A stretch of DNA of 64,000 bases, from the NCBI RefSeq assembly GCF_964355755.1, contig NC_092676.1, forward strand, positions 23,640,871 to 23,704,870. Direction: 5' to 3'. Positions 23,601 through 35,999 of this stretch are shown piece by piece (position 1 is the stretch's first letter; the number at the start of each line of letters is the position of its first letter). The translations under genes were made by a program, and so were the position numbers. The notes under the pieces are model-generated. The model did no database searches. It was not told where the DNA came from and was given only the letters and a program-made list of their open reading frames with translations. This DNA is from Antedon mediterranea (taxonomy: Eukaryota > Animalia > Echinodermata).

Positions 23601-23794
23601 TTCCAGTTGCTTTAAATTTGAGGACCAAAAATAAACACATTTTTTAACATTTAACATATCTACTGCTCTTTAATTACAGTATACCGTTTTATGGACAACA
23701 TTTTTATTTTTATTTTTAACAGGAACGACTTCTTGTGTGTGCCTACTCAGCTCGGGTTTTGAACCAACCATCAATACATCCTTCATCAGCTTAA
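14613..23794 (+). CDS. MPHOSPH8: M-phase phosphoprotein 8 (MPP8) homologue: chromodomain, long disordered linker, ankyrin repeats, C-terminal beta domain; 12 exons, ~1148 aa
   Basis: Exons 14613-14738, 15259-15423, 15892-16533, 16691-18197, 18680-18772, 19923-20158, 20618-20707, 20829-20974, 21219-21376, 21823-21950, 22404-22487, 23723-23794 (3447 nt, in phase). Chromodomain DVFEVFKI...[17 protein letters not shown]; ankyrins [37 protein letters not shown]; C-terminus [11 protein letters not shown]...RLEGPC...LLVCAY resembles the vertebrate MPP8 C-terminus. Confidence 0.92.
18970..19229. mobile_element. MITE family B copy in MPP8 intron 5, with an inverted partial copy at ~19573-19730
   Basis: agatgtattggcccc...gggagacaatatatatct|ttaa. 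The second copy reads atattgtcccctgaaaa...tgttgaatatgccattttaatgtcacataatag, the reverse complement. Confidence 0.8.
19764..19900. repeat. ~22 bp minisatellite, about 6 copies
   Basis: Unit approximately tttattatgagcagatattttc, just upstream of the MPP8 exon 6 acceptor. Confidence 0.85.
20200..20530 (+). mobile_element. 5'-truncated LINE remnant (CR1/L2/Rex-type ORF2 C-terminus plus 3' UTR)
   Basis: Translation [18 protein letters not shown]....[19 protein letters not shown] matches the typical HP..L..PSGR..RT.RF.NSF.P.AIR..N tail of these retroelements. It is followed by aataaag and a short tatc-type tail. Confidence 0.75.
22456..23274 (+). repeat. 34 bp minisatellite, 24 copies, derived from the MPP8 exon 11 / intron 11 junction
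   Basis: Unit gtaagtgtttactttaaatgcaccgcatactcat. The first copy is coding ([11 protein letters not shown]). Three units are 32 bp variants. Confidence 0.97.
23452..23640 (+). mobile_element. Truncated Deu/Nin-core SINE, diverged from family 1
   Basis: gtgcacattatagaacttggtacactattcgaaaagagtaggggattgtctcccggtgtg aligns with the SINE core at ~11633-11690. Confidence 0.65.
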
Positions 23795-24717
23795 CTATTG
23801 TCTCCTAGCGGATCAAACCAGTCGTCACGTCAGCAAGGTTGACTTTAAAGTAGACAAACATACTGCTCATGTATTTTGGTAAAGTATGAATCTGATATGG
23901 TATGGAAAATATGGTTAAATTAAATTTCAATTATATTTATTAACACATTGTACTTAAGTTAAACCTTTGCCATTTTTTAAAAGTATTATGAATTCTTTCA
24001 TCAGCTTCATATAATAATGTTGATGATTAATAAATATATATTTGCAAGGCTGTTCTTAAAGCCCTCCTCCACCCTCACAAAAAAACTTAATTTGTGTAAG
24101 TTGCAAGTAGAATAAGAGAACTGCATTGCAAATCAGTTTAATGCAACCACGTCTAGCTGCAAGTAAAACAAACAAATTTCCAAGTTTCCTCAGAGCACCT
24201 CAACTCATGTTTGTTTAGAAGTAACCCGTTTTATGCTGCAACTTTGTATTATGATAGTTTTTACTATAAAATCAATTTACTTAACAATAAAACAATTTAG
24301 CTGCAAGAACCTCATTAGGGAAACCGCTTTCTAGCTCAAATTGATATAGTTACTCTGCAAGAGTGTTGCAAGTGCTACAAAATGACTTATTGTTGCTCCA
24401 CTTTTTAGCTGCAAAAAATATGTGTTTAGGTATTATATGTGTTTAGCTGCAAGGTCAATAAATGGCTATGATTAAGAAGACACTTAGTGCCTACCGCTGT
24501 TAAAAAGTTTTCAGTAACAACCTTTTGTTTCGAGACAGTAGACGAAGGAGATGGTAACTTAATAAACGGAAAATATGTTCCACAACAGTCACTGTTAAAA
24601 TAACTTTTTTTAAAGTTTTCCAACATTGCCGCAGACTGCTAGGTCAGTGGCACACTGCTAAGGGTACATAATATGCTAGGAGAAACACTTGCTGCCATCC
24701 GCTGCATAGTCTTAAAA

Positions 24718-24866
24718 TAAGGCGATCTAACAGGACACTGAGCTTGCCTTGCCAAGATAGGTCCTCATATTCTCCGCGGCGCAGAACATGAAACTGATCG
24801 TGGTGCAGCCACAGATAAACCTTTCGATCTCCGAAGCTTAGCATCGTGTTGTTAGATTGCCTTGCT
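24718..24866. mobile_element. MITE family C (TIR aaggcaatctaa / ttagattgcctt)
   Basis: A longer homologous copy in opposite orientation at ~57013-57240 shares caggacactg, ccttgccaagatagg, cgcggcgca, tgatcgtgg and gataaacc. Confidence 0.75.
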
Positions 24867-27515
24867 TGGCCCAAGCTGCAAATAGAATTAGAAATAGTAT
24901 AATGTTAGGATGGTATAGATACAGTAATTTGATATACAGTAATAATGATATGATATCCTGGCTTCTTTTGTGAACACAATAACTAAAATAAGTACTGTGT
25001 TCAACCCTCACTACTTGTTGATTTCAACAATTTGTAACAGTAACATTTAGATTATGTTTGTGTGCTGTGTTATCTTAAAAATCCTTTGGTCACTTGTGTA
25101 AGTTGTAAAGCTCTGTCTACACTATCAAACTTAATGTGACAAAAAAACTTGATGTGCCCATTTATGGATTTGATGATGTCATATTACTACTATATTTGGG
25201 TAAATTTGTTCCGTCCGAACAGGCTCTTAGTGTCTCCTCACATATCTTGGTAATTCATTTCACTGCTGTCCAGTCTTTATCTCAAAATTATCCTGTTTCC
25301 TGGGCATCCTCAACATTGTGTGTGAAAACAAGAAATTTGAATTTTTCAGAAAACAGAAAATGTGCTTAATTCCTATAACTGAATTGTCTAAAAAGTAACT
25401 GGTTTTATTTGTGATTACTGTAAATAAATAAAATTGTGTTTTCATTGTCTTTTGATAAGATGCTAATAAGATAAAATTACTTTGTTTTCAATATACATAG
25501 TAAATATTATTTTGTAAAAAAAAAAATGTATAGGTATATATTGATTTGATGTGATTTGTAACTGAACTAATAAAATTCATAGAGATTTTTTAAAAAATGT
25601 TGGACCCTATGGGAATAATATATAAGGTATTATATTATTGTTTAGTACAAATAGATTTTTAAGATAAATTTAACATTTTATTCCTTTTAAATAACAAAAA
25701 GTGTTTGAAGTGATAATTTGATTTAAAACTAAGATGTGCTTATTTTAGTTCAAGTAAAACAAATATGTGTTATATTATTGAATTGATACCATATTTGGTT
25801 ATATATATGTAAAACTAATAATTTTGTATCGTTGATAAAATTTTTCATTGAGTCCTGTTTTATAGGATAATAATTATATTAATACATAATAAACAACAGT
25901 GCCATTTTATAATTTTATAAAACCCCTTTGCTGCAAAATGGTGCTATTCATGCTTGCTTTATGAATATCCATAACCTGTTTCCATATTAGGATGTTGGTT
26001 TAAATTTTGTATTCAATGTCTACAGTACTAATATTTGAGAAACCATCATTAGATTTACCAAGCCCATAGTTGGTATAAACAATCGTCACCCTATTGACAT
26101 TTAAAAATTCAAATGAATTGCTAATTAAAGTTGATAAATATAAAGTTTATGTAAACTTATTATTTTAAGAAACATGAATGTGTGTCAATGATTATTTGAT
26201 AAATTCTCTATTTTGCAAAATAGTTTATTTGCACATTTTTAAAGCTTGTAATATTGTTTAAAATGAATTTTATTTAGACAAGTTAATTTTTGCTTGATTA
26301 AGCAGACTTGAATGTATTGAATATTTATTTGTTTTAGAATTTTAATTTAGATTTGCACAAGCTAACCAGAAAATAAAGTATGCCTGCTTTTAGTACTGTA
26401 TAAAAATATTAATAGGCTCTACATTTTGTGCTATTCATTTAGCTTTTTTGTAATGTAGGTGCTTGCTATAAATTGTATATGTTGGCAGAAATTTATTTGT
26501 AAAGAGGTCCAACACAAAAAAAATAATTTGAGAATTGAAAATACTGTATATGCCGACTATAATCCCATATAAGACCCCCTAACTTAGTGATAAATTCACA
26601 TACATAAACACTTGGTATTTCCATTGTTGTTTAAGTATAATTAATCCCACCCATTAAATTTCTCAAATTAGTAATACTAACTCAACATTCAATACATTAC
26701 ATTTCTTTGTACTTTCTCAGTTAAGCTCTGTCTACACTATCAAACTTTATGTGATGTGCCCAATGGACATGATGATATCATATCACTACCATATTATTTG
26801 GCACATCACACTTTTTTTGTCAAACTAGTTTGCTAATGTAGACAGAGCTTTAGTCATTTAACATAGGTGCTTTGGTTGTTTTTATATACTTTATTATTTT
26901 ACAAAACAGAAATTCTATATCTTGATACAGAGTGGTTTTTAGGTTTAAGAAACGTTTTGTGTTTTTTATGGGTTTTTTAGGCTTAGTGCGGGGTTTAGTG
27001 TGAATGGGAAGTATCTTTGTATTTATTTATGTAAACTGGAAAATGGATTTGGTATTGTTTGTTCTGACTACCAGAATCTATGATGTGTATCTAGTAATTT
27101 GTATAGATAATACAGTATAAGTGTAATGGTTATACAGTTGTAAATAAAGAAACAACTGAATTGTTGTTGTATTCATGTTAAGTTTTTGTAAGTTTATTTT
27201 TTCTCAGTTTTTTTTAAAGCACATATCCAGCTAGCATAGTGGTGATTTTGTTTAAAAAAATATAGATAGCACAGACCCATAATACACTATTTTTTTGCAA
27301 TTATTTTAATTTTTTTGAAAAAAAAAATGTACGGTCGTAGTGGACCGTGCCAATAGAAAGCTGTGAATTAGATGCACGACAGACGGTTGACCGCCGTACC
27401 AATAGTTAAAGAAAAGAGCGTCTCGTTGCCATAGTGTGCGCCACCAAGAGTTTTTTAGATTAGTTAGACGTATTGCAGGCGCTAAAAAATATTCATTCCA
27501 GAAACTTCTCTAAAA

Positions 27516-30500
27516 ATGGCGATGCACATACCACGATCGGGACTTCAGCAAATGCTAAAAGATGGGGCAAAGGTATTTATTTTATAGAAATATTTTCAGT
27601 TTGACCGTAAATTATAAACACTGCTTCTCTATATTAACTATTTAGTACTACTAGGCATGAGAAGTACTGCTAAAAGTGACTCGAAACCTGAAGTACTTTA
27701 CCCACGTGCAGGCGGGGAGGGAGTCGTTGTTTGCGGAGATAATTTCATATGCAGCAGGAATGGATTCGGCCGGCCGACTGTTCCTCTGCAACGATATGAC
27801 GTTGCCAGGCTAGCTACACCTACAGTACACTTCGTGTGTGCGTAGGAAAAATAAGTACTGGGCCCAGGGCTGTGTGTCAATCATTTTAAAATGCACATGT
27901 ATCATAATAGGCCTAGGTTTTGATTAAATTAAATATAGCCTAGGCCTACCTAGGCCTATTTAGTATTTTATAAATAAAAATCAAGTTTAAAAAGTAGGCC
28001 CCTTTCTCTCTCTCTCTGCCTGAGCTGGGCCTAACTAAAGCCAGGCCTACTACTACTACTAACTAGGCTAGTAGGTAGTATTAGAGCCCTGGGCCTGATC
28101 CTAACTAGCCTAATATGACAATATAAATCATTAAATTAAATCTAGGCCTAAATGAAATAAAAGTAAACATATTTGTCCTAATTGATTTTTCTTTTGTTCG
28201 GCACACATGTTTCAGAGATTACTTTCGGTTAAATGAATCTTGGTGACAGTTTGCAAGATTAGTTTGTTACCGACAAAGAATCTCATTCTATCTATGATTA
28301 CTTTTAGCGTATGGTAATTTGCCTACTACTTGACTACAAATTATATAAAATTAAATAATTTTAAGATTTTTACTTGTGGTAACATTAACAAAGAATAAAC
28401 ATAAATTGTAAAATTGTAACTTTTAGTTATCAATGTATGAGTATTGTAAATAATAGTATCATTTGTTTCAAGAACCACTCATAGATCCATGGACAAGATA
28501 GATATCTACAAAATATATTTATTTTGTTTGCAGAATTATCAAGGCCTTGACGAAGCAGTGTACAGAAACATATCAGCATGCAAACAGCTTGCGGAAACCA
28601 CAAGGTCAGCATTTGGTCCAAATGGCATGAACAAGATGGTCATCAACCATATAGAGAAGTTGTTTGTTACCAATGATGCAGCCACCATTATCAAAGAATT
28701 GGAGGTCAGTTGCTAAAGCTTATCCCCTCCACAATCCACTGTCTATGCTCTCACCAATACCCTCTGTCTACACTATCAAACTAGTTTGACAAAAAAGTGT
28801 GATGTGCCAAAATATGGTAGTGATATGATGTCATCATGTCCACATATGCGCACATTACAATAAGGTTTGTAAGTGTAGACAGAGCTTATAGTTAGAGTAG
28901 AATCAAGGGGACACTTTTTGTGAACTCACACCAATGTTTCCTCTCATGTAATGACCTCTCAGATAACATAAACATGGTGCGGTGGGCGATACAAATACAC
29001 AAAAAAATAGTATTGATTGTTTGATTGCAACAGAATTCATTACTTTTTTAATAGGTTCAACATCCTGCAGCCAAGATGCTTGTGTTGGCCTCTCAACAAA
29101 TGGAGCAGGAAATTGGAGATGGTACCAACCTAGTCCTCATACTAGCAGGAGCACTGTTGGAGAATGCTGAAGAACTACTTAGAATGGTATGTGTCATTTG
29201 TTACCTTGACTTGGCGATACTTCAGTATTCATTTATTCATGGTCAAACACAGTAAAATATATACATGGTTTGAAATTATTTTCGTTTGTTCAAAGTTAAA
29301 AATTCACATAAAAAATTAGTTAAAAAGATTAAAATTGGGTAAAATACTGATAAAACACATCGATTAAAATACATCGTTAAAAATACAAAATAAAACAAGA
29401 TTGGTGTGTTTAAGGGTATAACATAACATAATCAACATTTTCATGTTTCATTGAATTGCCTCATTGCAGTAAGGAGAAACAAGTTTCTCATTCTCTTGGC
29501 CCTGACTTACTTTTACATTTCTGGTGTTGTCCATTTGGTGTATAAATAAATTGTATTAATTTTATTTTGCTAGGGTCTCTCGCCAACTGAAGTTATTGAA
29601 GGTTATGAACAGGCCTGTAAAAAGGCTCTTGAACTGCTACCAGGTGAGTTTCTTAAGTCATCGCTCTCCCCCTAAAATAATGGTACACCCCTTAAATGGG
29701 GCTGTGACCTTGCACTTCATTTCCTGGAAAAGTACAACCAAATTATAGATCCATTGGCACTATTCCTCTTCCCAGGATGGTAAGTTGAACACAAACAAAA
29801 GAATTTTAACCCCATTTTTGACAACCATCTTTACTTTATCTCGTAGAAAGATGGCTGTAAAAATGGGAACATAAAAATACAGATTCACATAAATTGAAAA
29901 AGACTACACTTACATAGTATCTTTGTCTTTGTAATCTGTGACATTCATTTTTCACAGTGTACTCACACAGTCTTTTGTAGCTTGTTGAAATTACTATGTT
30001 TCTGCTAAAATGTTTTGTTACAGACTAGATTTAACTAATACAGTTGTGTAATATATGGTGCATTGCTATCTTTTTTTTTAAAGTTGATCAAATATTCTAT
30101 TATTAATTAGACTTAAGTTGTGCTACTGTCAAGGACCTGAAAGATAGAAATGAAGTATGGAAGGCCATCAGAACGTCGGTAATGAGTAAGCAGTATGGAA
30201 ATGAAGACTTCTTCTCACAACTTGTTGCTGATGCTTGCAGTGAGTATTTTTTAGCTTATTTTAGTTTTTCAGGAATATTAACAATATTCGTATAATTTAT
30301 ATTTTTAAAGTTATCATTTTTATCTTAATTTTTTTTGTTTTCAGTATCTGTGATGAATAAGACAAAGACATTCAATGTAGATAATGTTAGAGTTGCTAAG
30401 ATATTGGTGAGTTTAAGGCATTTAATCATTTTTAACCCAAAGTTACATGGTTTCAAGTTGTAGTAGGTTGCTAATTTGTCTATTGCCATTGTTGTACAGT

Positions 30501-33500
30501 GAGTGCTATGGTTTGTGTAAACCAATTTTATCAGGTAAATGTAAACATTTATTCTTGGTGAGGTTACTATTTATTTTTGTTACGCTACTAAAGACATGAA
30601 TTTAGTTTTAATTGATTGGCATGTGATGTATTAGCAAAACCTTTGGTTTTATTCACATTTTTTATTTGGTATAGTAGACTGTGTACTGAGAACAATTTCT
30701 TATGTTTATGTTTGTTAATAGAAAAATATGTTTGTGTTTTCAGGGATCGGGTATGTTACAATCATCTGTCATTCAGGGTATGGTTTTCAAACGTAACGTT
30801 GAAGGCAACATAGTAAAGGCTGACGATGCAAAGATAGCCGTCTACTCATGTCCAATTGATATTGCACACACAGAAACTAAGGTAAGATGAACTTTGACCC
30901 AAGTTTAAAGAGATTGTAATTCAGGTAAATGATGAACTTTGACCCTAGTTTTAAAAGATTGTACTAAGAGAAAGATGAACTTTGACCCAGTTTTAAAAGA
31001 TTGTACTAGGTGAAAGATGAACTTTGACCCCAGTTTATGAGATCGTACTAGGTGAAAGATGAATTTTGACCCCAGTTTGAAGAGATTGAACTTTAGGTAA
31101 AGATGAACTTTGACCCCAGTTTAAAGATTTTGTACTTTAGGTAAAGATGAACTTTGATCCCGGTTTAAAAAGATTGTGAATTTCAGTCAAAACATTTTTT
31201 ATGTTTTTCATCTGCAGGGAACCGTTTTAATTAAAACGGCGAAAGAACTTAAAAATTACAGCAAAGGAGAAGAGAATAGTTTAGAAGAGGTAACAAATTT
31301 AAATATTATTTTGTATTATATAACTGTATTTAATAGTAATATTTAGTTAATATTTAAAATGAAAGGACTTAGAAACTGAGTGAAGTACTTCACAAAATAT
31401 ATCGGGAACAATTTTTTCAAAGAGAGAGGGCTCACTACTTGATATTTCGGCCTTATGTTAAAAGAATACAGAGGGCGTGCTATTTCAGCTCATATTCAAG
31501 AATAGGAACTCAGATTTTAATATAATAAGTTATTATGATGTCGCCAATGTATCAATTTTTGAAAAAAAAAAAAGCAAGTACTATACTTTTCTAAAATTCT
31601 ATTTTGCCAGGTAATAATCTAATTATCATTTTTCTTTGACACAGCAAATTAAGGCTATTGCAGATACAGGTATAAAAGTAGTTGTAGCAGGAGGAAAGGT
31701 CGGTGACCTGGCTCTTCATTTCCTGGAAAAGTACAACCTAATGGCTGTAAGGCTGATGTCAAAGTGGGACTTGCGACGCCTGTGTAGATCCATTGGTGCC
31801 GTTCCTCTTCCCAGGATGGTAAGTTGAACACAAACAAAAGAAATTTTACCCCATTTTTGACAACCATCTTTACTTTATCTCGTAGAAAGATGGCTGTAAA
31901 AATGGGAACATCAAAATACAGATTCACATAAATTGAGAAAGACTATACTTATATGGTATCTTTGTCTGTGTGATCTGTGACATTCATTTCTTTGCTTACA
32001 AGAATTCACCACAGTGTATTTACTTGGTGTCTTTTGTAGCTTGTTTATTACTGTTACTAAACTTAAAATTTATTTGTTACAGACCGCACCCACCCCAGAT
32101 GAAATGGGTCACTGCGACCATGTGCAGATTTCTGAGATAGGAGACACATCCGTTATTATTTTCAAACAAGGTATTGTATAATAATTAGACTTTATTTATC
32201 AGCCTACTAAATGGTCTTGATCAAAGACAGACCAGTATGAGATGGCACTGTTACCAAACTATTATGTTTTGATTCACTTGTCTCAATCATTACTTCTTGT
32301 AGACAAAGACGAGAATGCTGTTGCCACTGTGGTTCTTCGTGGATCTACAGATAATCTGATGGATGATCTTGAAAGAGCTATCGATGACGGCGTCAACACA
32401 TTCAAAGCTTTTACAAAGGTAAGCATATTATTATTTATTGCCGGTCCGCCAGATAATCTGATGACTTTCCCGCCTTGGTTGCTTTGCTTATATCTCGGAT
32501 TGCTTTTCTCCAGTCCTGTCTGTTTTCGGCTATTCTCCAAATCGTTTCTATATCTTTTATGCTATTGATCCTAGGTTAGCATGGCGCATTTAAAGCAATA
32601 TTTTAGGCTCTTCACCTTTTTATTAGGCCCACAATCTTTACTCTTACAAAGGTAGATAGGTTATCATATGTTTATATGTCTAGTACTAACTAAGCCTATG
32701 ACATAACCAGAGTGTCATCAGATACTTTTCCGGATTTGGTAATTATTATATAATCTTTATGACTTAATTCTCTACTTTTAAATTGTTCTTCTACAGAACA
32801 ATAACTTAGTACCCGGAGCTGGAGCTGCCGAGATTGAACTTGCCAAGCAATTGACGTCGTACGGCGAGACCATACCAGGTCTAGCCCAGTACGCTGTCAA
32901 GAAGTTTGCCCAATCATTCGAGGCCATCCCCAGAGCGTTGGCGGATAACGCTGGTGTGAAGGCTACAGAAGTTCTGTCACAGTTATACGCTGCACATCAA
33001 GATGGACAGAAAAACATTGGCTTTGACATTGACGTGAGTATTAGTAGCTAAAGAATTATTGTGTTATGATTAAAAACTCAAACTTCTTATATTTTTTAAA
33101 CAGTCATGAGGAATATAAACAGTGTAAGTAAATACACATGTTTGCTTTTATTTAAACCGAGTTCCATCCGAATGCTGAGATAGGCGATTACCCTTCGACA
33201 AATTTATACAAAGCTGACAAATTATAGGCTATGTATACCATATTCATGCAAAATGTCTTCACTTCTAGGCCGAAGGTGCTGGCGTGAAGGATGTTGTAGA
33301 AGCTGGTATATTAGACTCTTACCTGGCCAAGCACTGGGCAGTCAAGCTGGCTACAAATGCTGCAGTTACAGTGCTACGTGTAGACCAGGTATGTCATTTT
33401 CTCATCACCTCAATCTGACTCTTTATATAGAATGTAGATTATTATTTCCGTCAAAATGTTGACCGGTTATAAGGTCAATCGGGTGTGTTTCTTTCTATAT

Positions 33501-33957
33501 TAGCAGGATTACCTGATTTTCAAAAGATTTTAAAGGATGGTTTCATAGCTGTATGGGAACATGTGATTCAATTTTTATATGCCTACATCAAATATCAAGC
33601 TGATCACCGCAATGAACAGTTTCACCATAGGAATTTCCATTGTAAAACCTTGTTTATTGATGTGTGGCATTGGCAGAAGTGTGTGCTCTCTGAGTGCCCT
33701 TCTAGTTATATTATTATACGATGTATATATTAATGAAATTGGATTCTGATAAAGTTTTGAAATTCTTTTCCCATATCACATTTCCTCCATAGCATAAATA
33801 ATGTATGAAACAGTATTGTATTGTTTTATGATAAACAGTATGACCCAGTTCTCGTAATATCAATTATTTTGATTTGCAATTGTAGATTATAATGGCAAAG
33901 AGAGCTGGAGGGCCTAAGCCCCCACAGAAGCAAGGCAACTGGGACGACCAAGACTAG
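27516..33957 (+). CDS. CCT8: T-complex protein 1 subunit theta (CCT/TRiC chaperonin), 14 exons, 545 aa
   Basis: Exons 27516-27572, 28534-28704, 29055-29186, 29574-29643, 30111-30239, 30345-30406, 30744-30881, 31218-31289, 31645-31818, 32083-32170, 32303-32418, 32797-33033, 33269-33388, 33886-33957 (1638 nt). Motifs GPNGMNKMVINHIEKLFVTNDAATI, GDGTN, TETKGTVLIK, VPGAGAAE, VLRVDQIIMAKRAGGPK. Confidence 0.98.
29704..30025 (+). repeat. Intragenic duplication of the CCT8 exon 9 3' part plus all of intron 9 into intron 4
   Basis: Matches 31703-32084, including cccaggatg|gtaagttgaacacaaac and tttgttacag|ac. The exon part has an internal deletion; the intron core is highly conserved. Confidence 0.92.
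29809..29946 (+). ncRNA. Candidate box H/ACA snoRNA, copy in CCT8 intron 4
   Basis: Same two-hairpin fold as 31848-31985. H box ACATAA; ACA at 29941-29943. Confidence 0.6.
30876..31177 (+). repeat. ~42-44 bp minisatellite, 7 diverged copies, starting at the CCT8 exon 7 donor
   Basis: Unit approximately actaggtaaagatgaactttgaccccagtttaaaagattgt. Confidence 0.9.
31848..31985 (+). ncRNA. Candidate box H/ACA snoRNA in CCT8 intron 9
   Basis: Hairpin 1 cccattttt..ccatcttt / aaagatgg..aaaaatggg; hinge H box ACATCA (ANANNA) at 31908-31913; hairpin 2 acagat..aaaga / tcttt..atctgt; ACA at 31980-31982. About 138 nt, ~97 nt upstream of the acceptor. Confidence 0.68.
33102..33218 (+). ncRNA. Weak candidate box C/D snoRNA in CCT8 intron 12
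   Basis: gtc-ATGAGGA (C-box-like), an internal CTGA and a terminal CTGA-c, with gtca/tgac end pairing. No target recognised. Confidence 0.3.
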
Positions 33958-35999
33958 ATATCAAATAAAGAATTGCAATTAGACATTTGGGATAGCTATG
34001 ACAATCAACATTGTATACAGTTACTTAAATGCAGACTAGATTTGTCGAGACAGGTATCTTTGTGCTTGGGGCCAAATTAAAAACCAAAAATGCAGTTATA
34101 GTCTTACATCTTAAAGTTTGTGCTGTTTAATTTTCGAAATTGTTAATTTTTACCTCGCTTTTCAAAATGAAATTGTTTACATTTGAGGTTTGTAAGCTGA
34201 TCGGAATGGAATACAGTACGTTGCTTAATTATTAGGAAAATATCGCTTGCTCTAAGCTTGCTGGATTTTTAGATGCGTCAGAAGAAATTAACGTCCCTGT
34301 AACAAAGTTGTTAAATCTGTTCTCTATGTTACGCATTGTCGACATGTATGTATTAATAGAGGCATTTGTTAATTTATTCATATGAGAGTATAAAATTAAA
34401 ATGCAATTTTTAATTCTCCATACTGTACTGTATCTCCAAATATGGCATTATGTTCCAGTATCCTAAGCAAATTCCCTAGTAACACATGTATAACATGGTG
34501 CGTGTAAGCTGTGCTATTACTATTAACATTTTCATTTTATAACAATAACATTAACGCACATATTCATTTAGGTTAATCCCCTTGCCACTAGCTATCATCC
34601 CCCTCCTCTTCGTCTCTAATCAGGTTTTTCGTTTTATAAGACTTCTACTGGTAAAAAGATGAAATAATTGCGGGCACAGTTACAAACTGTGATTAATGTT
34701 AATTGTTAAAATTGTCTGACTAGTGCAGTGGTAGTAAGTAATAGAAATAATGTATTAATTGTGTGTTTTTGTAATGAGTTAAAAATAAAACCTCCTGGTT
34801 TTCCGACTGTTTGATAACATGATTGGTGGAAATGATAAAAATTCCATTTCAGCATTATTTATCAAATTTTTTTTCGTGCCAAATACTTGTAAAAAAATTT
34901 TTTCTAGTCATTTTCTGTCTTCCTTAAAATTAAATTGTATACAAGAGGTTTTAATGGAAGAGTTCCAATGACCGGAACCATTGTCCACAGTGGCCGGAGC
35001 CATTTTCCACAGTGGCCGGAAGAGTATGTACTTTTTCAGATATGTTAAAGACGCAGCACATCTTGTAGTCTTATCACTACAGTTTTCAATCCTGCTTCAG
35101 ATATTTCTTCAACATCTATTGATTATAGATTTTTTTATTCAAATATGAATATTCATATAAATATGCATATGAATATTCATATGAATATTAGAATATCGCG
35201 GGTGCTTTTAAGTTATTTGTAAGCTCTTTACTTTTCTACTGTTTTTCGTATTATTTGAAAACTACATAAATGTGCAAAATAAAAAAAATATAAACTTGCG
35301 AATTTATGGCGTGTGCTTTGTTTTTTGAGTATTTGAAAAAGCAGTTATGACTTGAAATATTTTAGTATTGTACTGAAGTTTTTCGTTGTACAATACATCT
35401 GTACTATTTGATTAAATTTTTAGGCATTTTGGGGGTAATGCCCAGCTGAAATAAACATTAAATAATATACTTTGAAAACTGCATTTTCCCCTTTCTATCT
35501 ATTATCACTTGACTACATTACAGATATTTCAACCAGTGATCCTTTATTTGCTACTATTAATTTTAATATTATTCAATTTAATATGATTGAATTCTTAATC
35601 AAACTTGAAGGCAAACGAAATCGAAATGTTTAATATTACTTGAATTCTTGTGTCTTGAGTTTCTGAATAATTGAATAATATACAATCAATATTGATCTAA
35701 GCTAGGAGAATCCCATAATTTAAGTATGAGCGCTTATCACAGACTTATTACATTATCAACTACAGCATACTGTCTAGAGAATTCTGACATTACATACATA
35801 CTGTTTCACTTTAAAAAAACTTGCATAACAATACAGTAGAATGTTGAATTCGGGAGAGCGAGAAAGCCCGACTTGCATATGGTTTGTGTGCTTTTGCGAC
35901 ATCATTTTCCAGATAAATACATATTAAGGACAAGGTTGATATTTGACGATTTTTCGAAAAAAAGAAATCATTGGGATTTTTAAAAAATGGCCCTTTTAT

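Noticed and set aside
29704-29779. Alternative or mutually exclusive CCT8 exon
   Set aside because: The copy is 5'-truncated and internally deleted, has no evident acceptor, and is out of order for the protein.
32441-32735. Short inverted repeat atctgatgac / gtcatcagat in CCT8 intron 11 as a snoRNA or MITE
   Set aside because: Only about 10 bp of pairing, no consistent box arrangement or TSD, and no second copy in the window.
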